Shown: positions 52,101 through 64,000 of the stretch, piece after piece
Position numbering within the stretch: the stretch's first letter is position 1
How the letters are laid out: every line of letters begins with the position of its first letter
Source of the DNA: Owenia fusiformis
Lineage: Eukaryota
DNA: 64,000 nt
Direction of reading: 5' to 3'
Assembly: GCA_903813345.2 (NCBI GenBank)
Contig: CAIIXF020000001.1
Location: 2,108,001 to 2,172,000 of the forward strand
The notes under the pieces: model-generated
Databases searched by the model: none
What the model saw: only the letters and a program-made list of their open reading frames with translations
What the model was told of the DNA's origin: nothing
Translations under genes and position numbers: made by a program

Positions 52101-55100
52101 TGTCCGCCATTTCGTGATTCCATCATGTCTAATATCATTTCTATATGACGTCACACCAATAAGACGAAATACATGACAACAGTATCCATAAACAAAATTC
52201 CTGAATTCTGATCGCAAAAGGTCAATTTGTCAAGTGAGAGTCTCAAAAGGCAAAAATTTCTGTTGAGCATCTGATGACGTCACAGCTTATAATGCTAACA
52301 ATGGACCCGGGGAGGGGGCTTTCTAAGCCTTTTTGGCCTTCGCAGAGGAAACGGGACAAGAGTCAGTATAGGGTATATAATAAAACAAATAGTGACTGCC
52401 TAATTTCGAGCAATAGTGTAAATGATTTCCCCTTGGGAATATCCTCTACAATGTACTATTCCCTCAGCCTGCGGCTTCGGGAATAGTACATTGTAGAGGA
52501 TATTCCCTCGGGGAAATAATTTACACTATTGCCCTCAATGGCAGTCACTATTTGTATAATAATAAAGAAAATATTTTATTCAATTTCAGATCAAGTTGTC
52601 TAGAACACTACCTGTTGTTTATGGTACAATTAAGAAGTTTATGTTATATGGAGACCATGAAGGAGATGTGTATGCAACTGGTGGTGATATTGAAGTAACT
52701 CAGGTAGGAATATACAGTATAAGTTAATACCTCAAATGAAACCTTCCGTGCACTCCTCTAACTATTATAAATTATTTTAAATGATTTTAGCTATTTGCAT
52801 ATATGAAAGGATGTGCGAGCATTGCATTGTTTTCTTGAAGCTTCATAAGATTAGAGAAATTGTGTCTATTTCAGGAACCTGCCTCACTATATGATGAAGT
52901 GAAGGTCTTCCCCCTTACCAAACTAGACAGAACAATAAGTCCACAACTCATTAGGAAATACATAGAAGAGGAAGAATCAAAGTAAGAAATGCACATTGAG
53001 TAGTGTCATGGGTTATATGGTTGCCCTGTTACCTTTAGAAATGGAAAAAAGTGCAAATAATCCATCATTATCACTTTTAGATTGGTATCATATTTTGTAT
53101 TTTTATCCCATCGAACGAAGTACGTCCGTCCATCCGTCCGGGCAATAACTCAAATACCGTTGGCCCGATTTTGTTCATATTTTGTACACATATACCCTAT
53201 TAGTAGAAGTTCTGCTCGAAAGCCGATTTTCAAAATGCTCGCTCATTTCAAAATGGCGGCCATTTTAGTGCCGATTTTACAGTAATTTAGGTGCAATATG
53301 TAAAACTGTAATAGCAATATGTTTTAAATGTAAAAAAATTATAAAGGACATTAATAAAGCTACAAATGTAGATATTAAAAAAGCACATGGCAGCCATGTT
53401 GAAAAATGGCGGCCTTTACTCGTTATTTTACGATTTTTGCTGTAACTCGAAAAGTAGTGGAGCGATTTTGCTCATATTTGGTATGTGAATACTATAAACA
53501 TTGCACACTGTCTAAAGACACTTTTGGTAGAAGGCGGCCATTTTTCAAAATGGCCGCCATTTTAACGTTTTTTACTATAACTCGAAAAGTAGTGGAGCGA
53601 TTTTGTTAATATTTGGTATGTGAATACTATAAGCATGGCACACTGTCTTATGACACTTTTGAAAAATGGCCGCCATTTTAACATATTTTACTATAACTCG
53701 AAAAGTAGTGACGCGATTTTGTTCATATTTGGTATGTGAATACTATAAGCATGGCACACTGTCTAAAGACACTTTTGGTAGAAGGTGGCCATTTTGAAAA
53801 ATGGCCGCCATTTTAACGTATTTTACTATAACTCGAAAAGTAGTGGAGCGATTTTGTTTATATTTGGTATGTGAATACTAAAAGCATGGCACACTGTCTA
53901 ATGACACTTTTGGTAGAAGGTGGCCATTTTTAAAAATGGCCCCATTTTAACGTAATTTACTATAACTTGAAAAGTAGTGAAGCGATTTTGTTCATATTTG
54001 ATTTGTGAATACTCATGAGCCTTGCACACTGTCTCATGACACTTCGGATAGTAGGCGGCCATTTTAAAAAATGGCTGTCATTTTACATTTTTTACTATAA
54101 CTTGAAAAGTAGTGGAGAGATTTTGTTCATATTTGATATGTGAATACTCTAAGCATGGCACATTGTCTAATAAGACTTTGGGGAGTAGTTGGCCATTTTG
54201 AAAAATGGCCACCATTTTTATGTGTGTTATTTTACAAGTACATGTGTGCGATTTTTCAAAAATTTTATAGGTGGCTTCTTAAAAGCATATTATTTCTTCT
54301 GATGACAACTTGGCTAGTGAGCAACCATTTTGAAAATGGTGGCCTTTCTGGTGTGTTGTTTTATGATATTTGCTATATATTTCGTTTGTAAAAATGCCAG
54401 CCATTTCTGTTCAATGGGATTCGCTACGCTTTGGCGTTGCCGTTGTTCTGGTTAAATCAAGAAACCAAATTAAAAAGTGTTATTATGATAATATTATGGT
54501 AATATTAATGTTTAAGAGATCGAGTCTCCTAAAAACACAATTGGAGTAACCCCCTGATTTTTTCATGTTATTTGATGTAAAACAAGTTTGTTTATCAACT
54601 TATCAATTCTGAGGCTTGAATTAATTCGTCAACAGTATCAATTGGATGATTGTTCCTAGCCATGAATTTCCACTTACATCAATAGAAATTAAAATTGAAA
54701 TTTAAAAAGCCCGCTCAAATTTGTTCCAGTCTGATTGGCTTTTTCCTTCAGATTATTTTGGCTTAGAGAAGCCATATTTATTACTTCTAAGGGGTTACAA
54801 TATAGATAAATCCCCCAAGAACATTGTATTCTGTTTTCGACTTATTGCGTTCAATTCTGACAGTTGGTTGTTCTTTTGGTTGTCCTGTTGATATCCTCAA
54901 TATATTATCGATATCGTGCTTATGATTTTGTCTCAAGATATGTCTAAGGTATATGTGATGTATATGAGCAATTATATTAGGACATTACTGATTGTCCAGA
55001 AAAGAAATTTGGATGACTCGATCTCTTTTATAATGTTACTATGACATCTTTTCAGATTACCGTCCAAACTGTTAGTTACTTGGCCAGAGGGCAATGAAGT

Positions 55101-58100
55101 TAAACATGGGGAGAAACGTGCAGCAGGTCGTACAGTTGGTGACATCAAGGTAGAGATAGCCAATAGGAAGGGAGAGTTGATCAGTAAGCTACCAGGCACT
55201 GCTGGACAGGCCAAGCGTCTTCTGATGGAGCTCAAAGTCATATGGCACTGTAGGTTCTGTTCTTTGGTAACATTTGATATGTTGGTTGGTAAATGAATCA
55301 CTTGGCAAACAGACATCCATTTGCATCTATGTAATAACAGATTATGAAATAAACTGGTTGCCCCACATGGTTTATATTATACCTTGTTGGCCTTTGTGGG
55401 TGACTCAGAATAGTTAAACAAATTAACTTTTATTTTATTTATTAGAGAGACAAATGTGATAAATTTGTCTTGCTTGTGGTTTGTCTTGCCTAATACACCC
55501 CTATCACATTTTATTGTCATTCCTTGTAGTTATAACATGTATTGTTGTTGCCCATCTAATTTTGAAATTAATGTTTTGTGCTAATAGTGCAGGCTACCTA
55601 TGAGCCAAATATCAACTTGACCCCCGCACCCAGTATAACAAGTCGTCATGGGTATCAAATTGTTCGTCTTGTTGAGTACATTACAAAAACCAATTTTGAC
55701 AGATTGAAATATGGGTCAGATTCGATAAATATGACATAATGTTATGTAATCTATTATTATGACATAGCATTTTTTGTAAAGCATTTTTAGAGGAAATGAT
55801 AAAAAGAAATCATGAGCTAAGCAAATATTAATTGTGTATATACTTTAAAATAAATTTTTATAATTATCAAAAATAGTTTGGACTTAGAATTATGTAATTA
55901 TTACATAATTTCCATTGTTTTATGAGTAAAATTACAATTTGAATTGCTTTCGATAACAGAATTTTTGTTCTAAATGATATAAACCTCGTGTGCTAAACTA
56001 ATTCAAGCAATAATATCTTATTATGAGTACAAACCTTCATAAAAAGACTTAATCTTATTGTAAACATTATATGTCATGCATATGTAGCAGCAAATAACAT
56101 TGTGTATTAAGACACAATGATAATATCATTAAACATTTATTCAGATACTAGTATACTTATCCAAATATTCATGCATATAAAAATCAGGTAACTGTTATGA
56201 TAATTTTAAACATGATAAATATCAAGTTTTTACATATAAGGACTTACATCTTTCAATAGAATCATTATATAATATGAAGATGTGATTATTTCATACATCT
56301 TTATTCTAAACATCTGGATATGGTTTTTCCTCCACCATCATTGTGTTTTGGCAATTACCCACCTCACAGGAACAGATAGACATGCACAATAATCCTGAAA
56401 AAAAGGCATCTACAAGCCTGATTAGTGCGAAATCCATCTTTACAATAGATTTTGGTAAGATCCCTTAATTCAATAGGGGCAGATGCTCTCAAAATCATCT
56501 TAGGAACCAGACTTCCATCAAAAAAGTAGCATTCGGTGCCTTCTGGTTTCCAAAGTTTGGGCTTTGCTATGTGAGCACTATGTCCAGATTTGACATTGGG
56601 GATGTGCTCCATATACTCTGCACTGTAAGAGCCAGTTGCTGTTATGGTCATTAGCCTTCTTCTTTGAAAACTTCCAGCTAAGATGATTGATTCATCACTT
56701 TTTATTTTTTGTCGCATTTTGCACCGCCGACTTGCACATTTTGTTAGAAATGAGCAAGATTTGCCCTATTTTACCATTCCTTAGAAATCAACTATAATTT
56801 GGGCCTACAAGACTACATATCTTGAGCACATCATCTTCATCCTTTTCGTCTTGCTTTGGTTGGCATTCTTCATGAGGTTTTTGAGTTGTGTTGAATGTAC
56901 AAATTTCTAACAGATTCTGCATAGTCACTGGCGATGTGACAATGTGACTTTACCACCTCCCTGGTTGGTTGAATAGAATCTTTTGTGCTTTGTTGTACAG
57001 GGTGGTCAAAAAATGGAAACCCTGCATTTTCCTTATATCTTTGTCATTTTAAAATATTACTCCCTCATATTTCACACATTTGTACATCATTCACTATTAT
57101 ACGACCCTACCATATTTCATGACCATCAGACCAATAGTCACAATTTTACAGCACTTTAAACAACATGCTTCAGGTTTGGGCATTATCACGCTGTAGTCAA
57201 ACCTGCACAATTGTCAATGATCCGAATGCATTCTTCAGCAGATATGGCCTGAATGACACGAATGATCTCACTTTTGAGGTCTGCAATTGTCCTAAGGTCA
57301 TTCTAATACACTCTATCTTTGCCGTATCCCCCCCACAAGTAGGGACATTTTGGACTACATGTGCAGGTTTGCTGAAAGCACAATAGTGGCCACTGGGGTA
57401 TGTTCTTTAAAGTGCTGTAACATTGTGACTATCAATCTGGTGGTCATGAAATATAGTAGGCTGGTAGAAAATTGAATTACTGTATGTACAAATGTGTAAA
57501 ATATCAGTTCTTAAAATGACAAAGATATGAGGAAAATGGCGTAAGTTTTTTTTACCACCCTGTAAATGGCCTTTTTGGGCCTTCTGATTGTCTCATATGC
57601 CTCACAAGTCTCCACATTAGGTCAGATTTGATTGTACTGTGGTAAAAACTGGAGGTTGTCATCATTTCTATATTTTCTTTTGATGAAATGGGATTCGGTG
57701 TTGGTGTCACTTTTGGTTTAACTCAACAACCTTTGGTTTTTATAGTTACATATCTGTGTCTTCCAGAGAAGTCATGTTTGTTTTTCTCTTCGGCACCTTG
57801 TTATCATTATTATTTTCTGATCATTTATACAAGACCATGGCCATAGAATGTGTTGATCCCTTCCCATCAATAGTGTCTTCGTTTTTGATCAAAGTTATTG
57901 ATTGCAGCATCCACTAATAAAACCAATATTTCCAGGTTTCTCAATACCACTGAGATTTTTTGTATTTTTACAAAAAAAGGTGGCCATTTTAAATTGAGGA
58001 GTCATATTGATAATTCCTTCTCCAGCAGAGGTCCTACACCCATAAGGCATAAGCCTATAAAATTTGAATCAAATATGTCAATCGGTATTTAAGTAATCCC

Positions 58101-61100
58101 TAATAAAAAATTCAACCTTGAAATTCTGAATTTAAACCGTTTCTATCAATCATTGAATACTGATTGTTTCAACTACTAAAGATCAAAGGAAAAACCATTG
58201 TACAATGATAAGCAATCATTGTCCAACCATTGCGTTCAACCAAGTGAAGTCAACTCTTTTTCAACGACTGCGCAACCGTTTCTTTACAATCATTGTAATC
58301 TACAACCATTGTAAACTGCAACCATTTTACATTGAAATGTAAATGGTTGCAATATGTTTTGTTCAATGATTACAGAGTTCAACCCCTGCAACCATCCTGA
58401 ATTAGTATCGTTCCAAAAATTTTTCATTTTACCTGAATTAAAATTATATTTTAGTAATTATTTGAATTTACCTCTATTCAACAACAGTATATTAGGATAT
58501 TTTTTCTGAAAACATACATGCATGTTTATTATGGTAAATTACTAAATTTAGTTTACTATGATACGTTTCTTTCTCCAGTACGGATTTAGGAATGCGATAC
58601 CAGACTAGTTTTCCACTCAATGGCATATGATAATGGTGTATCTTTAATGTAAATTGAGAAAAGAATCGAGCAAAATTCCAATTTGGATTGACCAAGTAAA
58701 ATCTTTAAACTTAACAAAATCACATGATTCACCTAAACACACTTACGGACGGATGAGTGGCTTTTCTATATTCCTCAAACTCCGTTTGGTGGGATAACAA
58801 AGTATTAAATAAACTAGCTACAAATAACCTTTTGTTGAATGCATTCAGCAAGACCATCCTATCTGGATGGCCATAAGTTCTGCATAGTGACTCTGATAAA
58901 ACGGTTACTGTATGTCAAATAGATGCTGAAAATCTATAAGTCTGTATATATTACATAATATTATATCCTCATATTATATTAATTATGTTTACAAATTGTG
59001 AAAATAAAATTGTGCTATTACATCCTTTTATACATTTTTTTTTGTATTTGTTGAAGTTAAACCAGTTTATTGCATTAAAGCATGTCTTGCAACGTCTAAT
59101 TTCACTTTTTTAACATTATTACATAATAATTACATAATTATGATTAATATTGATTATAAATTTCTTTTAAATTTTGTCATCAATTTTTTCTGAAAGCATT
59201 ACCACCATTATCTGTTGTTATACTTTGATAAGTACCTAACCATAGCTGTTTTAAACCTTGAAAATATAAAACATAGAAAACAATAAATTATGTAACATTA
59301 TGCTAATTATCTGGAACCCGACCCATATTTGAAAATGTCAAAATTGGTTTCTGAAAACTTCACATCATACCGAACAAAATGGTACCACATACGTCTTGTT
59401 ATACCGGGTGCGGGGGTATGTCATAGAAAGAGGCCTCACTGGAATGTACCTAGCCTGTACTATAAGGTTTATCAGATATTGTAGCCAAATAAGAAAATGA
59501 GAACATTTGTATCAGTGTTTATTGAACATGCTTTTTTGTCTCCCAATCACATTTAAAATTGTTGTTACATGCTAATGATTATATTGTAATATTGTAGCCA
59601 ACAATGGGGATGAGCAGATTGTGCAGCACATAAGCCAGCATGGCAAGACTTGGCCCTATTGGTTCAGGAAAATGGGTAAGAATAGGCAGATAACTCGAAT
59701 CATAGATAAGAATAATTAATTCCCACTCAGGGTGCATCATAAGAATTTATAACCTGAGGTCAGAGTCTTGGATCAATGGCACTAAACCTGCCTTATACAT
59801 TGTATATTGTAATCTTTGCATGTTATGTATTCATTCATTGTTGTTCTATTAGATTTACATTAAAACCTGTATATCTGATCACCTTTCTAAGTCTGAACAC
59901 CTCATGCTTTCAGCATGTCCCAGTTGTGTTTCATTAGATAGATTTTACTGTATATACTCCATTGATACTTGTAGAGAATGTGAAGAACTTGGGTAGCCAC
60001 ACTTTAATACTGCAGGCAGTGTTAAATGAGAGTGGAGCTAACATGTTTGCAGGAAGAGAACTGCCGTCACACAGGATAAAGTTCTCAGTCACTGGTAAGC
60101 TTCTGTTGCGTATGGTTTGAACCTTTACACGTACTGCATTTCTAAATGCTTTGCTAGACCACAGACCTTCCCTTATGGACTTTCAAAATCTCTATTTTAA
60201 GTTTAGGCAATATGTAAACCTTGAAATAAATTTATTGGCCTTAGTTGTACTCTATAAAAAAAGTACCGCTCAAATAGAGAGTCTTATCTGATTTAGTTAT
60301 CTGCTTATACTTGTACTTACAGAGGCAGAGCCTGAGAAGTTTGTAGTTGGACTCCTGGATGGCCCATTTAGGATAGGCTCTCCCTTCCAAATCCCTTTAG
60401 AGTTTCAAGATGAGTTTAACAATGCCACAAAACCAAGTACAAAGTTTAAACCAGAACTAGAGGCTAGGTATGATAAAACTCATATACAGAGTGTTCATAA
60501 AGTTCTTGCAAAAGTCATCTAATATTTTAGTTTCTCGGTCAATCTGACTGAAATTTTTTCAGTTTCTCGGTCAAACTGACTGAAATTTTTATCGCACCCT
60601 AAGGTGCTATATTGTAATCAGTTTGCCGGGCGGGCGGGCATCCCGAATAATCTTGTCTACAGGTTTCCAGCCAAACTGTTGAGGGATTCATTTGAAATTC
60701 TCAGGGATGTTTCTACCTATGAAAGTTTAGAACTGATTAGTTTTTCGGCATTCTGGGTAAATGTTAAGGCGGCCATTTTGGATTTTTCCGTCCTAAAATC
60801 TTGTCTGTCAAGGCTTGTCTAAAGGTTTCCAGCCAAACCGTTTGAGGGATTCATTTGAAATTCTCAGGGATGTTTCTACCTATGAAAGTTTAGAACTGAT
60901 TAGTTTTTCGGCATTCTGGGTAAATGTTAATCTACAGGTTTCCAGCCAAACCGTTTGAGGGATTCATTTGAAATTCTCAGGGATGTTTCTACCTATCAAA
61001 GTTTAGAACTGGTTAGTTTTTCGGCATTCTGGGTAAATGTTAAGGCGGCCATTTTGGATTTTCCATCCTAAAATCTTGTCTGTCAAGGCTTGTCTACAGG

Positions 61101-63088
61101 TTTCCAGCCAAACTGTTTGAGGGATTCATTTGAAATTCTCAGGGATGTTGCTACCTATGAAAGTTTAGAACTGATTAGTTTTTCGGCATTCTGGGTAAAT
61201 GTTAAGGCAGCCATTTTGGATTTTCCGTCCTAAAATCTTTGTCTGTCAAGGCTTGTCTACAGGTTTCCAGCCAAACCGTTTGAGGGATTCATTTGAAATT
61301 CTCAGGGATGTTTCTACCTATGAAAGTTTAGAACTGATTAGTTTTTCGTCATTCTGGGTAAATGTTAAGGCAGTCATTTTGGATTTTCCGTCCTAAAATC
61401 TTGTCTGTCAAGGCTTGTCTACAGGTTTCAAGCCAAACCGTTTGAGGGATTCATTTGAAATGCTCAGGGATGTTTCTACCTCTGAAAGTTTAGAACTGAT
61501 TAGTTTTTCGGCATTCTGGGTAAATGATAAGGCAGCCATTTTGGATTTTCCGTCCTAAAATCTTGTCTGTCAAGGCTTGTCTACAGGTTTCCAGCCAAAC
61601 TGTTTGAAGGATTCATTTGATATTCTCAGGGATGTTTCTCTCAGGGATGTTTCTACCTATGAAAGTTTAGAACTGATTAGTTTTTCTACATTCTGGATAA
61701 ATGTTAAGACGGCCATTTCTGTTCAAGGGTGCGATATTGTTCACCGTGTGTTTTATTTTAGTTTCTCGGTCAATCTGACTGAAATTTTTCCGACCGAGAA
61801 ACAAAAATGTTTGAGTACTTTTGCAAGAACTTTATGAACGCCATGTATATATTGTTGTTTTGTGCCTTTATGTACAGGTTGTATTTATTTCACATTCAAA
61901 CTTCCTTGAAATGCAATTACAGCTATATTTTGGGTCATTAAGCTCTTGACATTAAAACTATTAATTTGTCTATTCTAGTCGGAGTGTGTTTATCATTTCT
62001 AGTCTCTGAGCCTCAGTTTCAACTAGACTTACGTCTGGCCAAGGTGAAATTATCCAATGATTGTTAAAATCAGTATCATTATGGACTTAAAACAGTAACT
62101 ACATAACAGAACAACAAACAGTATGTTTTTTTCAGAGTATTCCATTTCTTTATTATTTTCAAAATTCCACATAATGTTGTAAACAAAGGCAATTATTTAG
62201 TTTGTACAATCGATTTTGAATAGGTATATATATATGCTATTAATTAATTATAAAAAGCATCGGGCAATCCCACTAGGCACACATTAAAAATAAAGTGTCT
62301 AATAATGGAATGATTTCATGTGTTTTTTTATTAATCATATTCTGTGGCTTTGTATTTTGACATCAGAAGCCAGGATTTACCATTAAAATACATATGGTGA
62401 AATACTCAAGAAAGAAACAACAATAACATATTACTATTTCCCATTGACTCATTGTCTTTTTCTCTTGTTTGTAGTGGTCTTGAACTAAACTATGAGAGCT
62501 GTGCAATGAAAGGCAACAACCTGGTGCTCAAAGGCATTGTGGCAATAGGCAGTGTACCAACTAACACTGGCAAGGTAAGACTTTATGTATTACAGTAAAA
62601 TCTCTAATCTGATCAAATGTGAACACTTTCTTTGGTCCCAATTTATTACCCTCTATTGATTTACAAATTAAGAAACTTGGATATGTGAAAACCTGCTAAT
62701 CTGAATGTTTAACAGCCATTTTGGAATTGAACAGGTTTTACGGTACATCACATTGAACATAATAGCATATGGCATTATCGTATTATTACATGGTGTCACT
62801 AAATTGAAGTTTCTAAGCATGATCAAAGAACAAAAATCATAACATTATTATTATTGAATATAATGAATCACAGGTTGATTATTATTGAATGATATGATAA
62901 CTCTAGTATCAGTCAGGTATTCCCTCTTAAAAATAAGAAATAAAAAAGGTCATAAATGAATAAATTAACTCAGTTTCTCAAATTCTGATTCTACTTTACC
63001 AATAACCTGTTGTAGAATTTCACACTAGAAGTAAAGATTGCTGGACTAGAGTTCCCCACCCAGACATTGAAGATCAGAATGTTACCTG
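43168..63088 (+). CDS. SMCHD1: Structural maintenance of chromosomes flexible hinge domain-containing protein 1, 5' part (GHKL ATPase, transducer, start of linker); continues beyond window
   Basis: Exons 43168-43332, 45903-45981, 46293-46451, 46609-46691, 46992-47125, 47442-47577, 47868-47987, 48190-48353, 48679-48772, 49080-49293, 49624-49747, 50574-50757, 50923-51117, 52590-52703, 52875-52981, 55056-55249, 59598-59675, 59975-60094, 60323-60467, 62475-62574, 63016-63088. Hallmark motifs [85 protein letters not shown]. Confidence 0.95.
43446..44121. repeat. Inverted repeat pair in SMCHD1 intron 1
   Basis: CACGGATAGTGGGAAGTCCTCCAT vs ATGGAGGACTTCCCACTATCCGTG. Confidence 0.55.
49919..50502. 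mobile_element. hAT MITE
   Basis: TIR TAGTGGTGTCAA / TTGACACCTCTA; perfect 8-bp TSD CTTCAAAC; subterminal TTAACCGGTTAA; internal ~130-bp tandem duplication. Confidence 0.9.
51325..52560 (+). mobile_element. Inverted-repeat plus terminal-hairpin element (second family)
   Basis: TTATTATATACCC at left, GGGTATATAATAA at ~52371, then a ~170-bp hairpin ACAAATAGTGACTGCC...GGCAGTCACTATTTGT; a related hairpin remnant at ~29340-29434. Confidence 0.75.
53100..54453 (+). mobile_element. Helentron/HINE-type element with ~135-bp tandem repeats
   Basis: TTTTTATCCCATCGAAC subterminal IR, (CCGT)n microsatellite, repeat array, inverted GTTCAATGGGAT and short hairpin at 3' end, T-rich insertion site. Confidence 0.8.
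55585..59462 (-). mobile_element. Decayed Academ-like transposon
   Basis: Long imperfect TIRs TAGTGCAGGCTA... / ...TAGCCTGTACTA, 3-bp TSD TAA; frameshifted minus-strand remnant [27 protein letters not shown] (~57825-57915) and ORF remnant 56364-56717. Confidence 0.75.
56998..57562. mobile_element. Tc1/mariner-like MITE nested in the Academ relic
   Basis: TA-CAGGGTGGTCAAAA...TTTTACCACCCTG-TA with ~170-bp degenerate arms. Confidence 0.8.
60487..61845. mobile_element. Tc1/mariner-like MITE interrupted by a Helentron-type element
   Basis: TA-CAGAGTGTTCATAAAGTTCTTGCAAAAGT / ACTTTTGCAAGAACTTTATGAACGCCATG-TA. Confidence 0.7.
60586..61755 (+). mobile_element. Helentron/HINE-type element with ~162-bp tandem repeats (~7 units)
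   Basis: Subterminal IR ATCGCACCCT / AGGGTGCGAT, (GGGC)n microsatellite, unit starts at ~60656, 60818, 60931, 61093, 61256, 61418, 61580. Confidence 0.8.
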
Positions 63089-64000
63089 GTAAGTAAAATT
63101 TTACTTTTGAGTTTAATAATAAATGTTACCTAGGAGGTTTAATAGAAAATGTGACCTGGTGAGATCAATAATAATGTAACCTGGTAAGTAAATTTTACCT
63201 GATCATTTTGATAATAAAAAGTGCTTGTCGCTTTTTTATTTACCTACTTTTGAGAAATATTCCTCTATCAATTATTAGTTGCATAACTTTTATCCTTTTA
63301 TCGATTTGTAATCTCAAATCATCAATCTTTGATTCAATATTGCACAATCTTATGCTCGAGAAGGAATTTTCAATATGGCTGCTCAGTTCCAAAAGGCTGC
63401 CATTTTTCATAAAAGATGTAATCTTTGATAACTCAAATATCAGTTGATGGATGTGACTCGTATTTTACATGTCGGTACCTAGAGACAAAAGAGCCATGCC
63501 CAAGAAGAAATTTTCAAGATGGCTCCTGAATTTCAAAATAGCTGCCATTTTTGTAAAAATTGTAATCTTTGATAACTCAACTTCAGCAGAAGGATTTTTA
63601 TGATGCCTACAGACTAGGGACAAAGGAAGTCAAGAAGAATTTTTCAAGATGGCTACTGCCTTTCAAAATGTTTCATAAATAATTTTGATATTTTGGTTCA
63701 AATTTTATATACTGATGCCTGAGGGTCATATAAACTCTATTTACAAAGTAATTTTCAAGATGACCATTCAATTCAAAATGACAGCCATATTTCATAAAAA
63801 GATAAAATCTTTGGTACCCTGATTTGACGAATTTGATTCAAATTTTCATAAAAAAACCCAGCTTTGAATACCAGTTAAAGGATTAGGTGCAATTTAATGC
63901 TTCATGGTTATTAGACCTTTGCTGAAGAATGAATTTGATACATGGCTTCCCATCATGTCATGAGTGTAGAATTTGCCAAAAGGAGACAATATTGCTCATT

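Overview
AT-rich, intron-containing animal genomic DNA. The repeat landscape and gene content suggest a marine invertebrate, probably a mollusc (inference only). Three protein-coding genes could be reconstructed by hand splicing. (1) On the minus strand (2011-13338, probably extending to an ATG at 23000) is an apparently intact 16-17 exon, ~984-aa gene fusing an OTU cysteine-protease domain to a C2H2 finger, a WRKY/GCM-like finger, a Mutator/MULE DDE transposase core and a SWIM finger. Its candidate first exon reads like a signal peptide and lies directly below a cluster of four NF-kB-like sites. (2) A short 3-exon CLCC1-like membrane protein gene (+, 25709-28615) lies divergent from it. (3) The first 21 exons of an SMCHD1 orthologue (+, 43168-63088) run off the right edge. 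Introns and intergenic DNA hold a 36-bp and an 82-bp tandem array, a 1.25-kb near-perfect palindrome, many non-autonomous DNA elements with readable TIRs/TSDs (Kolobok-, Transib-, hAT-, Tc1/pogo-like, a decayed Academ), Helentron-type satellite-carrying elements, and a family of inverted-repeat plus terminal-hairpin elements whose hairpins share a C-GNA-G apex. Most long ORFs in the supplied track (8.6-11.5 kb) are repeat artefacts. All calls are by eye; no searches were run.
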